64,000 nt of DNA from Octopus vulgaris (taxonomy: Eukaryota): positions 14,818,001 through 14,882,000 of the forward strand of contig OX597829.1 of assembly GCA_951406725.2 (NCBI GenBank). Reading direction: 5' to 3'. A program made the translations under genes and the position numbers. Positions within the stretch are counted from its first letter, which is position 1, and each line of letters begins with the position of its first letter. Of the stretch, positions 28,397 to 41,719 are shown in pieces. The notes under the pieces are model-generated. The model searched no databases, had not been told where the DNA came from, and saw only the letters and a list, made by a program, of their open reading frames with translations.

Positions 28397-28778
28397 CAGG
28401 CATCCCTTTGTGCTTCCCAACCGTTTGATTTTTAGTTGAGTCCCATTGCGTATGATATTTGTGTATGATATCGCCTCAAGACGATAAATGCCTTGTGAGT
28501 GCATTTAGCACGCGGAAACTGAAGAAAGCGGTGTGTGTGTGTGTGTGTGTGTGTGTGTTGCGTGCGCGTACCTTTCACTTCTTGTTTGCGTTTGTTCCCT
28601 ATCACTATTTGACAACTAGTACTGGTTTGCTTGCGCCTTGTAAATATAGGGGTTCGGCAGAAGAAGAGAATATACTAATTACCAGCTGTGATAAATTGTT
28701 TCCGGATTCGATTAGTCCAACTAAATCATTCAAAGTTGTGCCCCAGCAGAGCTGTAGATCAATAAGAGAGGCATAAAA

Positions 28779-29009
28779 GGCGGCGAGCTGGCAGAAACGT
28801 TAGCACGCCGGGCAAAATGCGTAGCCGTATTTCGTCTGCCGTTACGTTCTGAGTTCAAATTTCGCCGAGGTCGACTTTGCCTTTCAGCCTTTCGGGGTCG
28901 ATTAAATATGTAACAGTTACGCACTGGGGTCGATGTAATCGACTTAATCCGTTTGTCTGTCCTTGTTTGTCCCCTCTATGTTTAGCCCCTTATGGGCAAT
29001 AAAGAAATA
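28779..29009 (+). mobile_element. SINE family M, full-length, tail type 1
   Basis: ggcggcgagctggcagaaacg...gccccttatgggcaataaagaaata; further copies at 55559-55770 and 58016-58244. Confidence 0.9.
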
Positions 29010-29344
29010 AGAGAAACATAAAAGATACACACACACACACACACACACACGAACACACGTACATACACACATGCGCACGCACACATGTATAGATGCATAC
29101 GCATGCGCGTAAACTTGCATACAGACAGGCATAATGCATACATATGCACACGTGCATACATACAACGATTATTTTTTACTTAATTTTATATGCCAAATGC
29201 ATTCAAAATTATTTCGTCGACCCTAGGATATACTAGAAAGTCCTTGCCCAGGGAACCGTGTGCGGTGGGACTGGAAAGGAAACCACGTTGCCGAACAGCC
29301 AGTTTTAAACCACACAATCATATATGTGAATATATACTCTTTTA

Positions 29345-29740
29345 CTCATTACTCTTTTACTTGTTTCAGTCATTTGACTACGGCCATGCTGGAGCACCGC
29401 CTTTAGTCGAGCAAATCGACCACCAGGACATATTCTTTGTAAGCCTAGGACTTATTCTATCGGTCTCTTTTGCTGAACCGCTAAGTTACGGGGACGTAAA
29501 CACACCAGCATCGGTTGTCAAGCGATGGGGGGGGGGGGCAAACACAGACACACAAACACACACATACATATATATACATATATACGACGGGCTTCTTTCA
29601 GTTTCCATCTACTAAATCTACTCACAAGGCTTTGGTCGGCCCGAGGCTATAGTAGAAAACACTTGCTCAAGGTGCCACGCAGTGGGACTGAACCCGGAAC
29701 CATGTGGTTGGTAAGCAAGCTACTTACCACACAGCGCCTA
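29345..29740 (-). mobile_element. SINE family C, full-length
   Basis: Reverse complement of the 41238-41650 structure (head, internal microsatellite, 3' half ending gactgaaacaagtaaaagag). Confidence 0.85.
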
Positions 29741-30989
29741 TGTTTGTTCCTTGCCTGCATTTGACTACCAGTACTGGTTTGCTTGCTCCTTGTAAATATA
29801 GGGGTTCGGCAGATGCTTTCTCGAGACGAATACCCCAGATGTATGGTTTTCTACGCTAGATCAACGTTAAGATATAGAAAATATTATTTCAAATTAATAC
29901 TGCATATTGCTGCTAATTACGAATTATCAGTATATAGTTTTGTTGTTTTCACTAATTTCTCTTTACCGTGTGCAATAGCCACCTGGCTTCTTTTATCACC
30001 AGTTTTAATCAAACCCACTCATTTCGTTATTTTCAACAAATACTTTGATAAATAGCATAATTAGTCGGAGTGATACCTTTTTTCTGCTAGAATTATGGAT
30101 TTTTTTTGTAAAAATAACGAATATTTTCGCACACAAATATGAGTATGAAACAAGAAAGTGATAACTTACGTTCGCTTCGCGTTGATTCGTAATAGCCGTT
30201 TAATTAGAGAATAATAAGTTTTTGTCAGATTACTAGTTTTAAACTTATTTTTCGATTTCAACCAAACTTTTCTATTCATGGAATAGCGGCACTGCGATGT
30301 GATAGACCCAATCGTGTGTTCCAATATATTAGGCGGAATTACTTTTTGTGGTTATCGTTGTTGATGTTTCCGTTGATGTTTCCGTTTGATGGATCCACAT
30401 AGAGCAGATTTATTATGAGTAGCATTTGCGGTCTATATCATACACCGTCTCGCCTACTCTAACATTTCGCAATTTTCAACAAATATTTGAACGCTAAAAT
30501 TGACCGAAGTGACGCCTACTTAGCCGAACGGTTAAATTATGGGGAAGGTAAACACACCAACATTGGTAATCAAGCTGTGATGAGGGGACAATTATAGATA
30601 CACAGATACACACACATTCATATGTGTGTGTGTTTGTGTGTGCATGTGTGCGTGTGTGTATACACATACACACACAACGGGTTTCTCTGTTTCTGTCTAT
30701 CAAATCCACTCACAAGGCTATAGTAGAAGGCTCTTGCTCAAGGTGCCACGTAGAGGAACTGAACCCAAAATATTGTAGTTCGGAACCTAGCTTATCTTTC
30801 TTTTCTAAAAGTTCCTTTATAAGGTAATAATGTATTTTAGTCAGATTACTAGCTCTAAATAGTTTTTTTTTAATATAGATTCTAGCTTATCGAAAAAATG
30901 AGGAATTTAAATTAACGGAAGGCTTACTAACAAATATATATTTTATACATTTATATGCAGTTTTACGTCATTTATCAATCTATCTTCTC

Positions 30990-31620
30990 CGTCCACTCTT
31001 CCTAGACGAATTGTATGAGTAGAGTCCGCAAAAGAAACACTGGATATTATCCAAACACCACGTTGTTGTCCTACCTCTAGATCTCTTGCCAGCTGGCTCA
31101 GCTTGAAGCATCCGCCTTGCAATTGTTTCCTGTGACATAATAATTTCACGTCCGTCGTACCGGAGCTATGAACTCTCAATACGGAGAAGTAACATCTCGA
31201 CCTGCAGAGGCTCTTATCTCCGAGTTACGCGCCCTGTCGTGTAACGTTACAGCACATAGCCTAGGGAGGAATTCAATTTCGGTCGCTTGCATTTTCGATC
31301 ATACGTATTCTGTCATTACACAACATACATGATCAAAAGTGAGAAAATGCAGTAAAACTGGATTTAAAACAGGTGTGGCGTTGATATTTTTTTAATCAAC
31401 CCCTATTCTCTTCTGAGGAAAGAGCACTGGTGGTGTCGTATTACTGTACCAGCACATGCACTTCAAGTACCCAATCCAGATTCTTGCTTTTCGTCACTCA
31501 TGCATACGGCCCCGAGATATTTAAACTTCTGAACATGTTTCATTGATGATCCACTAAAATGTAGAATGAAACATGAAGATTTTCTCGAGAATACCGACCT
31601 TTCAGTCTGCAGAGGAACCC
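30990..31620 (-). mobile_element. RTE-like LINE ORF C-terminal remnant
   Basis: Minus strand MKHVQKFKYLGAVCMSDEKQ...CCVMTEYV*SKMQATEIEFL..LHDRARNSEIR. Confidence 0.7.
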
Positions 31621-31872
31621 CCGCTTGGCCGTTTATATTTGGATCGTCTTTGGGTCATTATCTAACATTCGTAGGCCCCTATAAAACAGGGTTAGCGGAC
31701 ACTCAGAAGAATCATTTCGCAGGTAAAATGGGTTTTTTTCACATTAGGTCGTAGGGTTTTCACTAGAAACGTGATGTTGAAGCAATTACTAACATAACGG
31801 TTATAATCTTTTAATTTTAATATTATTTTCGGTATAATTTTCATGCTGTCATTTCTGACGGCATGGGTACAC

Positions 31873-31957
<85 letters not shown>

Positions 31958-31964
31958 AAGAAGA

Positions 31965-32270
31965 ATCTCTCGAAAGAGCTGTTCTTCACTCCTGCTCCAG
32001 AGCGTCGGCTGCGGGGTCATTCCGAAAAGCTCTATCTACGACGATTTCATCTCAATCGAAGGAGAAGGGCTTCACCGTCCGGGCTGCGGATCCGTGGAAT
32101 AAGCTGCCAGACGAGATGGTGAAGATGCCGACGACCGCTCGGTTCAAAGACTCCCTTGACCTCAAGTGGCCTGAACTCTTTACATGAACACCACTCTGTA
32201 CATAACTCTATGTCCCGCTACATGGCCTTGCTTTTTGCTTTTTGAGCCAAAAAATTAACTAACTAACTAA
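31965..32270 (+). mobile_element. 5'-truncated CR1 LINE 3' end inserted in (GAA)n
   Basis: LFFTPAPERRLRGHSEKLYLRRFHLNRRRR../VRAADPWNKLPDEMVKMPTTARFKDSLD; stop at 32185-32187; (ACTA)n tail; (AAG)n on both sides. Confidence 0.85.
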
Positions 32271-32316
32271 GAAGAAGAAGAAGAAGAAGAAGATGAAGAA
32301 GAAGAAGAAGAAGAAG

Positions 32317-32348
<32 letters not shown>

Positions 32349-33299
32349 GAAGAAGAATCCTATATACTATAGCTACAAGACATGAAATTTCGATAGAAGT
32401 GAGTCAGTCAAATACAAGAATCCCAGTACTCAAATGGTACTTTCTTTATTGGTCCCTAAAGGATGAAAAGTAAAGGGTGCCTCAGAGGAATTTGAACTCA
32501 GAGTATATAACCATAAAAAATGCCTCATAGTAGATCTCGACTGAATTTAAACTCAAAATGTTAACAGCCGAAAGAAATGCCGCTAAGCAATTTGACCGGC
32601 GTGCTAACGATTCTGCCAGCTCGACGTCTTAGATTTCTTTAATAGCTGCATACATTTCATGTCGGTTTTTAACACACATATAACACACTCCCTGAATAAT
32701 TTCGAGCAATTCGGACCGAGTAATTGCTATAATAACCTGATCTGTTAATAACCAGACTAAAATAATGACACGATCAATACATTGTCTTCTATTTATAATT
32801 GTATCTGTGTAATTATCACGTCTGTTTTCATAATACCCGCCCCTAATTTGAGATTTTCAAAAAACTCTCGTTTGGACCGTATTTTGCGTTAAACCGATAA
32901 TTATAACTTCGCCGTTGGTATCGTCTGCTTTCATTTTTGCAGTCAGTGTGTTAATTAATGATTAACTTGTTCTTTTATCTTCTGCGTGATTTAGTCTTTG
33001 GACCGCGGCCATGCTGGGGCATTCATTACCTTGCAGATTTTTAGTTGAACGAATTGACGCCAGGAACTTATTTCATCTGTCTTTTATGAATAGTATTACT
33101 CGAACAAATCAACTCCATTGCTTGGACGGAGACTATGTTATGGCAGCGCCTTGAAGGGCTTAATAAAATTAATCGACCTCAGTACTTCACTTTTAAAGTC
33201 GCGTACTTATGCTGTCACTTCTCATTTAACGAACCGCTGACAAACAAATCAACACCAGTTGTCAACGGGTGCTAGTGAACAAATAATGCCTTTCCCACA

Positions 33300-33399
<100 letters not shown>

Positions 33400-33405
33400 T
33401 TTATA

Positions 33406-33478
<73 letters not shown>

Positions 33479-33497
33479 TTTATACACACATACACAC

Positions 33498-33531
<34 letters not shown>

Positions 33532-33566
33532 TTATACATATTTATGTATATATATTTATATATATA

Positions 33567-33880
33567 TTACGGAGATGTACTTGCATAGCGAGTGACTTGA
33601 TCTGAGATCGTGTGCTGGAACGAAAACAATTGCAGCGTGGAAGGTGTTTATAAGCCATTTAAGAAACACACAAAACCGTTAGATTCACTTCAACATTTGA
33701 ATTTAATTTACCAAAATATTTTCGTTAGTGAACAGGTCGCGGTCTGAAAGCGACGAAAATATTTTGACAAATTAAACTTAAATGTTGAAGTGAATCTAAC
33801 GGTTTTTGTGTGTTTCTTAAATGGCTTATAAACACCTTCCACGCTGCAATTGTTTATATATATATAAGTATATATATAAG

Positions 33881-33912
<32 letters not shown>

Positions 33913-33914
33913 TT

Positions 33915-33950
<36 letters not shown>

Positions 33951-33952
33951 GC

Positions 33953-34020
<68 letters not shown>

Positions 34021-34377
34021 CAGCGTGGGAGGTGTTTATAAGCCATTTAAGAAACACACAAAACGTTCGATTCACTCCAACATTTAAGTTTAATTTGTCA
34101 AAATATTTTCGTCGCTAAAATCCGCGACCTGTTCACTGACAAAGTCCGTGCTGCATCTCTCAAAGTCCGTGCTGAGATGCAGCACGGACTTTGTCAGTGA
34201 ACAGGTCGCGGATTTTAGCGACGAAAATATTTTGACAAATTAAACTTAAATGTTGGAGTGAATCGAACGGCTTTTGTGTGTTTCTTAAATGGCTTATAAA
34301 CACCTCCCACGCTGCAATTGTTTTCGTTTCAGCACACGATCCCAGATCAAATTACTTGCTATGCGAGTACATCTCCG

Positions 34378-34380
<3 letters not shown>
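33567..34380. mobile_element. Two palindromic insertions of a hammerhead-bearing repeat (PLE pLTR-like) in (TA)n
   Basis: Palindrome 1 arms about 33625-33725 / 33753-33854; palindrome 2 arms 34017-34159 / 34174-34318; outer ends 33567-33628 and 34319-34380 are also mutually inverted. Confidence 0.85.
34190..34239 (+). ncRNA. Minimal type-I hammerhead, G3-C8 variant (mirror copy at 34094-34143 on the - strand)
   Basis: UUUGUCA-GUGAACA-g-GUCGC(ggauuuua)GCGAC-GAAA-AUAU-UU-UGACAAA; 7-bp stem I, 5-bp stem II, palindromic stem III AAUAUU. Confidence 0.75.
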
Positions 34381-34421
<41 letters not shown>

Positions 34422-35165
34422 CTACTCCTACTAATAATAATAATGATAATAACAACAATAATATCGAAATGTACTTTAGGAATGAGAACCCAGGTTTGAA
34501 ATTTCCCCAGGACACCTGAAGAAGGTTGGAGGGTATATCAGCCGAAACGTGTTAAAAACAAACAACATGAGGACAAATATCCGTCAAATGTAAATAATGC
34601 AGAAATTCTGAGGTTTACTCTGGTCCATTGGTAGAAAGTATGTCGTGTTTACAGGAAATGTGGGGTCATAACCCATGGACAGATTTTGATTTGATTCTAT
34701 CCAAAAGGGTTTTTCAACCGAATATTTACCTGCTATGATATTTATTGTTATATGTGCTTCGAGAGCGACTGTTCTAAAAAAGAATTACTCCCTACTCTCA
34801 CCAAATTTATATTTTCGTATGAAGTTGTTTTTCTAAACATGCTTTTCTCACGCAGTCTCCCTCCCTATGTATGCATGTATGTATGTATGTATGTATGTAT
34901 GTATGTATGTATGTATGTATGTATGTGTGTGTGTGTGTGTATGTGTGTATGTATGTATGTATGTATGTATGTATGTATGTATGTATGTATGTATGTATGT
35001 ATTTAGTTCAAGCGTTACAAATGATCAGGATATCTGGAACAGTAAAATGTTTATAAATTCTTAGGACGTCAGCAATCATTTTTATAATATTCAAGGAATG
35101 TGGAATGTTTTTCTTCCGCATAACTTAGTTTGGTTTCCAACACACCCTCTCACACACACAGTTAC

Positions 35166-35219
<54 letters not shown>

Positions 35220-35789
35220 CGTGTATGTATGTATATATCTAACCCAGTACAACCTGCCGCATGGGACAGTTTGTGAGTGACTAAAGCGGGCCGCCGGCGA
35301 ATAAATTGGTTTGTCGGCAACTAAACCAGCAAAGTCGCAAAGTCTGCTTGGTAGGTTTGTGATTTACGCTCTATAAAACAAAAAACAAAACCCATCAAAG
35401 AGGCGTCAAGTAAGAGACCTTATCCTTTATTTAGACATCTCTCTAAGCGATGGAAATTCCGAAGTAACCCCCGCTTCATTGTGAAGCCAGAGAGTTTGTT
35501 CTTGCTTCTTTCAACACTATCTACTTTTAGGGCGGAGTCTTAGCAGTGTTCTGCAAGCTGTTATTCAATTGGGCTTTGCTGACTACCACTGTCTTTAACA
35601 TCTAGGATAAAATAATTTGTCTCTGATCGTCGTACTCGTCTACGAATTGCCCGCCATTACGTATGTATGTATGTCATTATTCAGTTTATCTCAAGATTTC
35701 TTGCCAATAGAGAAAGAAACGGTTTCTAAAATAGATGCAAGGCTCTTTCATTAGAATTTCAACATCAGCAACAGGGTAATTTTAGTTGT

Positions 35790-35837
35790 ATGTATGTATG
35801 TGCAGATTTGTATATTTTAGAAGGATGCATGCATGCC

Positions 35838-35869
<32 letters not shown>

Positions 35870-36334
35870 TGTATGTATGTATGTATGTATGTATGTATGT
35901 ATGTATGTATGTATGTATGTATGTATGTATGTATGTATGTATGTATGTATGTATGTATGTATGTATGTATGTATGTATGTATGTATGTATGTATGTATGT
36001 ATGTATGTATGTATGCATGTATGTATGTATGTGTGTGTGTATGTATGTATGTATGTACGTATGTATGTATGTATGTAGGCATGTATGTATGTATGTATGT
36101 ATGTATGTATGAATGTATGTATTTATATAAGTATGTTTGTATGTATATATGTATGTATGTATGCATGTATGTATGCATGCATGCCTGTATGTATGTATGC
36201 ATGCCTATATGTATGTATGTATGTATGTATGCATCATGCATGCATGTATGTATGTATGTATGTATTTATGTAAGTATGTCTGTACGTATATATGTATGTA
36301 TATATGTATGTATGTATGTATGAATGAATGTATG

Positions 36335-36366
<32 letters not shown>

Positions 36367-36452
36367 TGTATTTATGTATGTATGTATGTATTTATGTATG
36401 TATGAATGTATGTATTTATGTAAGTATGTCTGTATGTATATATGTATGTATA

Positions 36453-36483
<31 letters not shown>

Positions 36484-36925
36484 GTGTATGTATGTATATA
36501 TGTATGTATGTATCTATGTATGTATGTATGTATGTATGTATGTATGCATGTACGTATGTATGTATGTATGTATGTATGTAGGTATGTATGTATGTATGTA
36601 TGTATGTATGTATGAATGTATGTATTTATATAAGTATGTCTGTATGTATATATGTATGTATATATGTATGTATGTATATATGTAGGTATGCATGTATGCA
36701 TGCCTGTATGTATGTATGCATGCCTGTATGTATGTATGTATGTATGTATGTATGTATGTATGTATGTATGTATGTATGTATGTGTATGTATGTATGTATG
36801 TATGTATGTATGCATTCATGCATGCATGCATGCATGTATGTACGTATGTAAGTATGTGTGTATGTATGTATGTATGTATGTATGTATGTATGTGTGTATG
36901 TATGTATATATATGTATGTATGTGT
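35790..36925. repeat. ~1.1-kb degenerate (TATG)n satellite
   Basis: Read directly; source of the MYVC/HTYI ORFs. Confidence 0.97.
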
Positions 36926-37039
36926 GTTTTAGGTATGTATGTACATTTGTTTATTTGTTTGCTCGTTCTCTTCCTCGTTTTATCTAGAATAACTTTTGAC
37001 CATCTACTTGGTAGCCAGGTTGGGAAGAAAAGCAACTTG

Positions 37040-38500
37040 TTTTGTTTATCATCCTTTAAACCTTAAAAAAGTCCTACAGATTTTTATAATCCAAGATATC
37101 ATGATCATTTGTAGTGTATGTATTAAGGATTTGCATTCTCTCCCCAAGATCCCAAGTTCAGCCATACTTTGCTCCTGACCGGTTGGTATGTATCCAGTTG
37201 CTCCAATGATAATGGGTATGAAGCTGAAAGTGTATCTCGGCTACTGGATTTGTAAACTCCTTATCAGTGGTCCATAGATGTGTATCTTTCTCTCTCTCTC
37301 TCCTTGTATTTTTCTAACCACATTGGTGTCTCGAGGGCAGTTGATTTTCACAACACGATGTCCACATAACAATACCCGGCCGATTTTGTTCTAATTGAGT
37401 GACAGTTTTAATTCCCATATTCTTCCAAAATTATTTTGGCCCTTCGATCTCAATATAGTCAAATTCGTCTCTAGGTGTTTTCCTTTTTGTTACCCTGTTC
37501 TAGACTGTCCCAGCCATTGTGTCATACCTCGTGGGAAGAAAATACCTGGAAGACATTCCCTCGCAGTTGGAAATAATGTAATTGATGCTTTCAGTTTTGG
37601 TCTTGTACACCCTGAATTTGTGCTCTATCAATCTTTCCTGCATTTTATGCTGTAGACACCTCGTGAGGATATCATTTTCTGGAATTGCATGGAGATAGCC
37701 GTTGAAGTGAGACGTCTTAAACTTGTCAGAACATCATACTTATCATTGAACATGATCAATTCTTTCTATGGTTTGTACTTTTCGTGGCAAGTAGTCCTAT
37801 ATTCTCCTTAGGGAAAGATATGTATCATCTGTTATTTCATACCTCTCCTCGAGTCCATTAAGTATCCTAATTATGTTGTTGGTTTCGTAGTCACAAACTT
37901 CGGTAGCTGCTGGTCTCATTCCCCTGCTGCAGATTTTTTATTGTCACAATTCGTGCTTCATACGGCAATAAAGATTTGAGACCACGACCAACTTCCTTCC
38001 GTAGCAAGTATAGATTGTCTACAACTACATTGATGTTGAGATTTTTTGTAACAGAGCAGCTTTCGAATTCGTACATCTCTCTAACTGAGTTGTTGTAGTG
38101 GCTAGCTCAGAAGGCCAAATGTAGGCGCGAGGGCAGATTCTGTAAGGGTGTTGTGGACAATATACTTGTAAACTGAGAGTTCTGATGAACATATTCTCTT
38201 TCCTCACCTGAAGTATTCATTCTTGCTCCTCTCCTTGTTTATGGGCTCATCAAACGTGACATTTTCACCCTGTCCCTGATACCTATAATTGTCACCTGAC
38301 TGTTGAGGATGTATAGTCAAGCCATTTTATCGTCAAAATGCACATTACAGTAAAATAAATGCTCATTTACACTCACCAAATTTCATTTCAGTGCCTACAG
38401 AAAATTGGGTTAAAATGTCCAATTCTTTAAATTTTTTTTCTGCTTGACATTTGGCCTATACATTTAGACGTCAACAAAGACCAGATGGGAGATACTTACT
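37040..38500 (-). mobile_element. Degenerate RLE-type (R4/Dong-like) non-LTR retrotransposon
   Basis: Minus strand VKINCPRDTNVVRK...YGPLIRSLQIQ*PRYTFSFIPIIIGATGYIP...KICRTF (RLE C-terminus); RT-like debris upstream. Confidence 0.6.
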
Positions 38501-39064
38501 ACGGCAACTATGTTTTGTGAGCAGTTATGATAGTGGGTTTAATTAGAGGAATAAGAGCAGAACTGATAGGATATCAATCTGAAAGATGCGTTTGTGGTAG
38601 TGAAGGCCATTACTCCTGAGGAATAATATGGAGCACCAAATTTGGTCATCTTTACTGGAAGATGTGGAAGATGTGGAATTTCAGCCAACTGTAAAGCCTT
38701 GAAAAATCCAGCCATATGGTGTGTTATCAAAAGCGTTCCGATAGTCCAGCCACACTATAATTAAGTTCCAGTCTGAGGGCTCTAGCCTATCACCGTCTCA
38801 GGAATAATAGACGGAAAAGTTCGACAGTTGGATGGATACATACATACGTACATACATACATAAATACGTACATACACAGATACATGTGTTTGTGTGTGCA
38901 CGTATAAATGTATATATATATATATATATATTTATATGCATTCATATATATACAAATATATATGCATTCATATATATACAAATATATATGTTCATGTGTA
39001 TATATATATATATATATATATAGAATATTAGAAATCGTTGTAAGTTTGGATTTTATTCCCTCAA

Positions 39065-39100
<36 letters not shown>

Positions 39101-39490
39101 GTATATATATGAGACACACAGACACTCATATATATTTACATGCACACAGATTGAACCTCTACCTCTCTGTATTGAGAAGTCCCAGCTCTAATACTATAGA
39201 CAAGTGAGTAGACTGGAAACCTAGAGGTGCGCCAAGAAGAACGAAGTAGTTAGATAATATTCATATTCTCAGTTCGACACGCTTGGGTTCCCTACTGGAA
39301 CGTCTAGTGACAGTTATTTCTGATAAAGCCCTATGGGGGAGGTGCTTAAGAATCCATCCCCAGGACCTCCCAGGACTAGTAGTCAGAAAAGATGATGCAT
39401 GATGTGCTTGTATGTTTATATAACTTTCAGAGAAATGTGAAGTATTTTACTGACATCATTTTTTATTCTCCTTCTTTACCTCTTTTACAG

Positions 39491-39588
39491 GCAACCCGCT
39501 ATTGGTTCTCAAGATTTCAGAATCTGTCCATAAACATAGCATTTTAAAACCTCATATAAAATATATTGGGAATATTCACGGAAATGAG
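39491..39588 (+). CDS. CPM: M14B metallocarboxypeptidase (CPM/CPD-like), internal exon A with HxxE zinc motif
   Basis: Pyrimidine tract + tacAG acceptor (39481-39490), GTAAGT donor at 39589. The 98 nt read (G)NPLLVLKISESVHKHSILKPHIKYIGNIHGNE, the KY.GN.HGNE signature of N/E-subfamily carboxypeptidases. Not in the ORF track. Symbol tentative (CPM vs CPD). Confidence 0.92.
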
Positions 39589-39729
39589 GTAAGTTTCGAA
39601 AAAGTTATTTTTAACTCGTTTTGAATATTAAATTTCCTTTTTGTCTGGGGAGAGTCATTTTCTTTTTGTGCCTTATAATTTAACACACTCCCCGGTAAAA
39701 TTTCCACTTTTTTTCTTATTTTTATTTCC

Positions 39730-39766
39730 CTAAAATTTTCATTGCGTCTTGCAGCTTTTTCAATAG
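39730..39766 (-). ncRNA. Degenerate minimal hammerhead, U3-A8 variant
   Basis: Minus strand CUA-UUGAAAA-a-GcUGC(aagac)GCAaU-GAAA-AU-UU-UAG; stem II has a mismatch and stem I is only 3 bp. Confidence 0.4.
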
Positions 39767-41110
39767 TCTTGACTCTGTCCGTTATTTACACTGCGTTCCC
39801 TTTTGTTTGTTTGTGTGCATGTGTAAGGGTCAGTGTGTGTGTGTGCCTATACATGCATGCATGTACGTATGTATGTATGTGTGTGTTTGCATGTGTATGT
39901 ATATGTATATATGTATGTATATGTGTGCATATGTATGTATGTATTCTGCATATTCATGTGCTTGCATGTCCGTGTTTGTGTATTTTCTATGTATGTGTGT
40001 ATCTGTATATGTATGCACCTCTGTCTCCTTGTGTGTGCATGTCTTTGTTTGTGTGTTTGTTATGCAACCATGTACCATGTCTGTATGCATGGATGTGCAT
40101 CTTTATATGTGTAGATCCGTGTCTCCATATGTGTCTGTTCTTATAGCCTATGTACCTATCCGTCTGTATGTTAATCTGTTTATTTTTTTCCTTCTATGTG
40201 CTTACGCAGGCGCGTGGCAACGTGATTATTGTATGGCCGAAACTGTGATACAATGATTTAAAATTTACCTCTTTTGCTAAACTGCTACGCCAGGCAGACG
40301 CAAACAAACCGATGTACACTAGCTCAGGTTTTTAACCCACAGTTGGGACCCTGAAAAGTGCTACTACTCTGCCTCAGAGACAATATACACCAAGAGACAA
40401 TATGGTTTCAGATGTGCTTTCACACTCTTCGAAATACTGTTTCTTCCAAATCGGGGCCATCATAACCGGATAAAATTAAAAGTCATTTCCAGGAATGTTG
40501 AGAAATGTGATGTAACATGGTGGACGTGGAGTATTTCGGTAGATGAACTTATGAAGCCAAAGGTGTATATCACTAGATAGTGAGCGGAGGAACACACAAG
40601 AAACTGTCAAAAGCGAGGATCAACCAGTTCAGTTGGTGAACTACTGCTATCATCTCCAGTTATGTCGTACGCAGATGAGATACTCCAGCCATCTAAAGAC
40701 CAATTTGACTAAAATCCAAGCCAAACATAAATATTGTAATGTTTGATATGGATGCTTGGTGTACAAGATTTGCATTCTTCCGGACAAATAGATCGACCAG
40801 ATGATGATGAAACAAACCAACACCGGTTGTTAAACAGCAATGAGTAACAAACACAAGCACCAGCACACGGTCACATACACAGACATCCGTACACACACAT
40901 GCGCGCGCGTTCATACACACACAGAGATTAAAATTAAAATAGGAGCAATGCTATTGTAACCACATACTTAATGCAAACACTCTGCATTTGCCGATAGGCT
41001 GCGATTTGGCAAGTTAGAGACTATATCTATCGCGTTGCGTGAGTGATGTCCGCCGCAACAAATCGTAGCCTGCTGGCAAATGTGCAAAATATATACATTG
41101 AGTATATGTG

Positions 41111-41165
<55 letters not shown>

Positions 41166-41206
41166 TATATATATATATGTATATACACATACATACATAC
41201 GTACAT

Positions 41207-41237
<31 letters not shown>

Positions 41238-41239
<2 letters not shown>

Positions 41240-41650
41240 GGAATGGCTGTGTGGTCAGTAGCTTGTTTACAGACCACATGGTTCCGGGTTCAGTTCCACT
41301 GCGTGGAACCTTGGGCAAGTGTCTTCTACTATAGCTTCGGGCCGACCAAAGCCTTGTGAGTGGATTTGGTAGACGGAAATTGAAAGAAGCCCATCGTATA
41401 TATGGATATATGTGTGTGTGTCATTGTGTGTGTGTGCTTGTGTGTCTGCATTTGTCCTCCCCCGCAACATCGCTTGACATCCGATGCTGGTGTGTTTACG
41501 TCCCCGTAACCTAGCGGCTCGGCAAAAAGAGACGTATAGAATAAGTACTAAGCTTAGAAAGAATAGGTCTTGGGGGTTTATTTGCTTAACTAAATGGTAG
41601 TATTCCAGCATGGCCTCAGTCAAATGACTGAAACCGGTAAAATAATAAAA
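41238..41650 (+). mobile_element. SINE family C, full-length
   Basis: Head ggaatggctgtgtggt...ggttcagttcc, ccttgggcaagt core, internal (TG)n, 3' half ending gactgaaaccggtaaaataataaaag. Confidence 0.85.

Positions 41651-41719
<69 letters not shown>

Noticed and set aside
33567-34380. CRISPR-like or prokaryotic repeat array
   Set aside because: Repeats are inverted with no regular unique spacers, and the context is eukaryotic with spliceosomal introns.
34511-34553. GACAC-CUGAAGA-a-GGUUG..CAGCC-GAAA-C-GUGUU as an active hammerhead
   Set aside because: Core and stems I and II are present, but there is no room for stem III and an NUH site; counted only as a relic.
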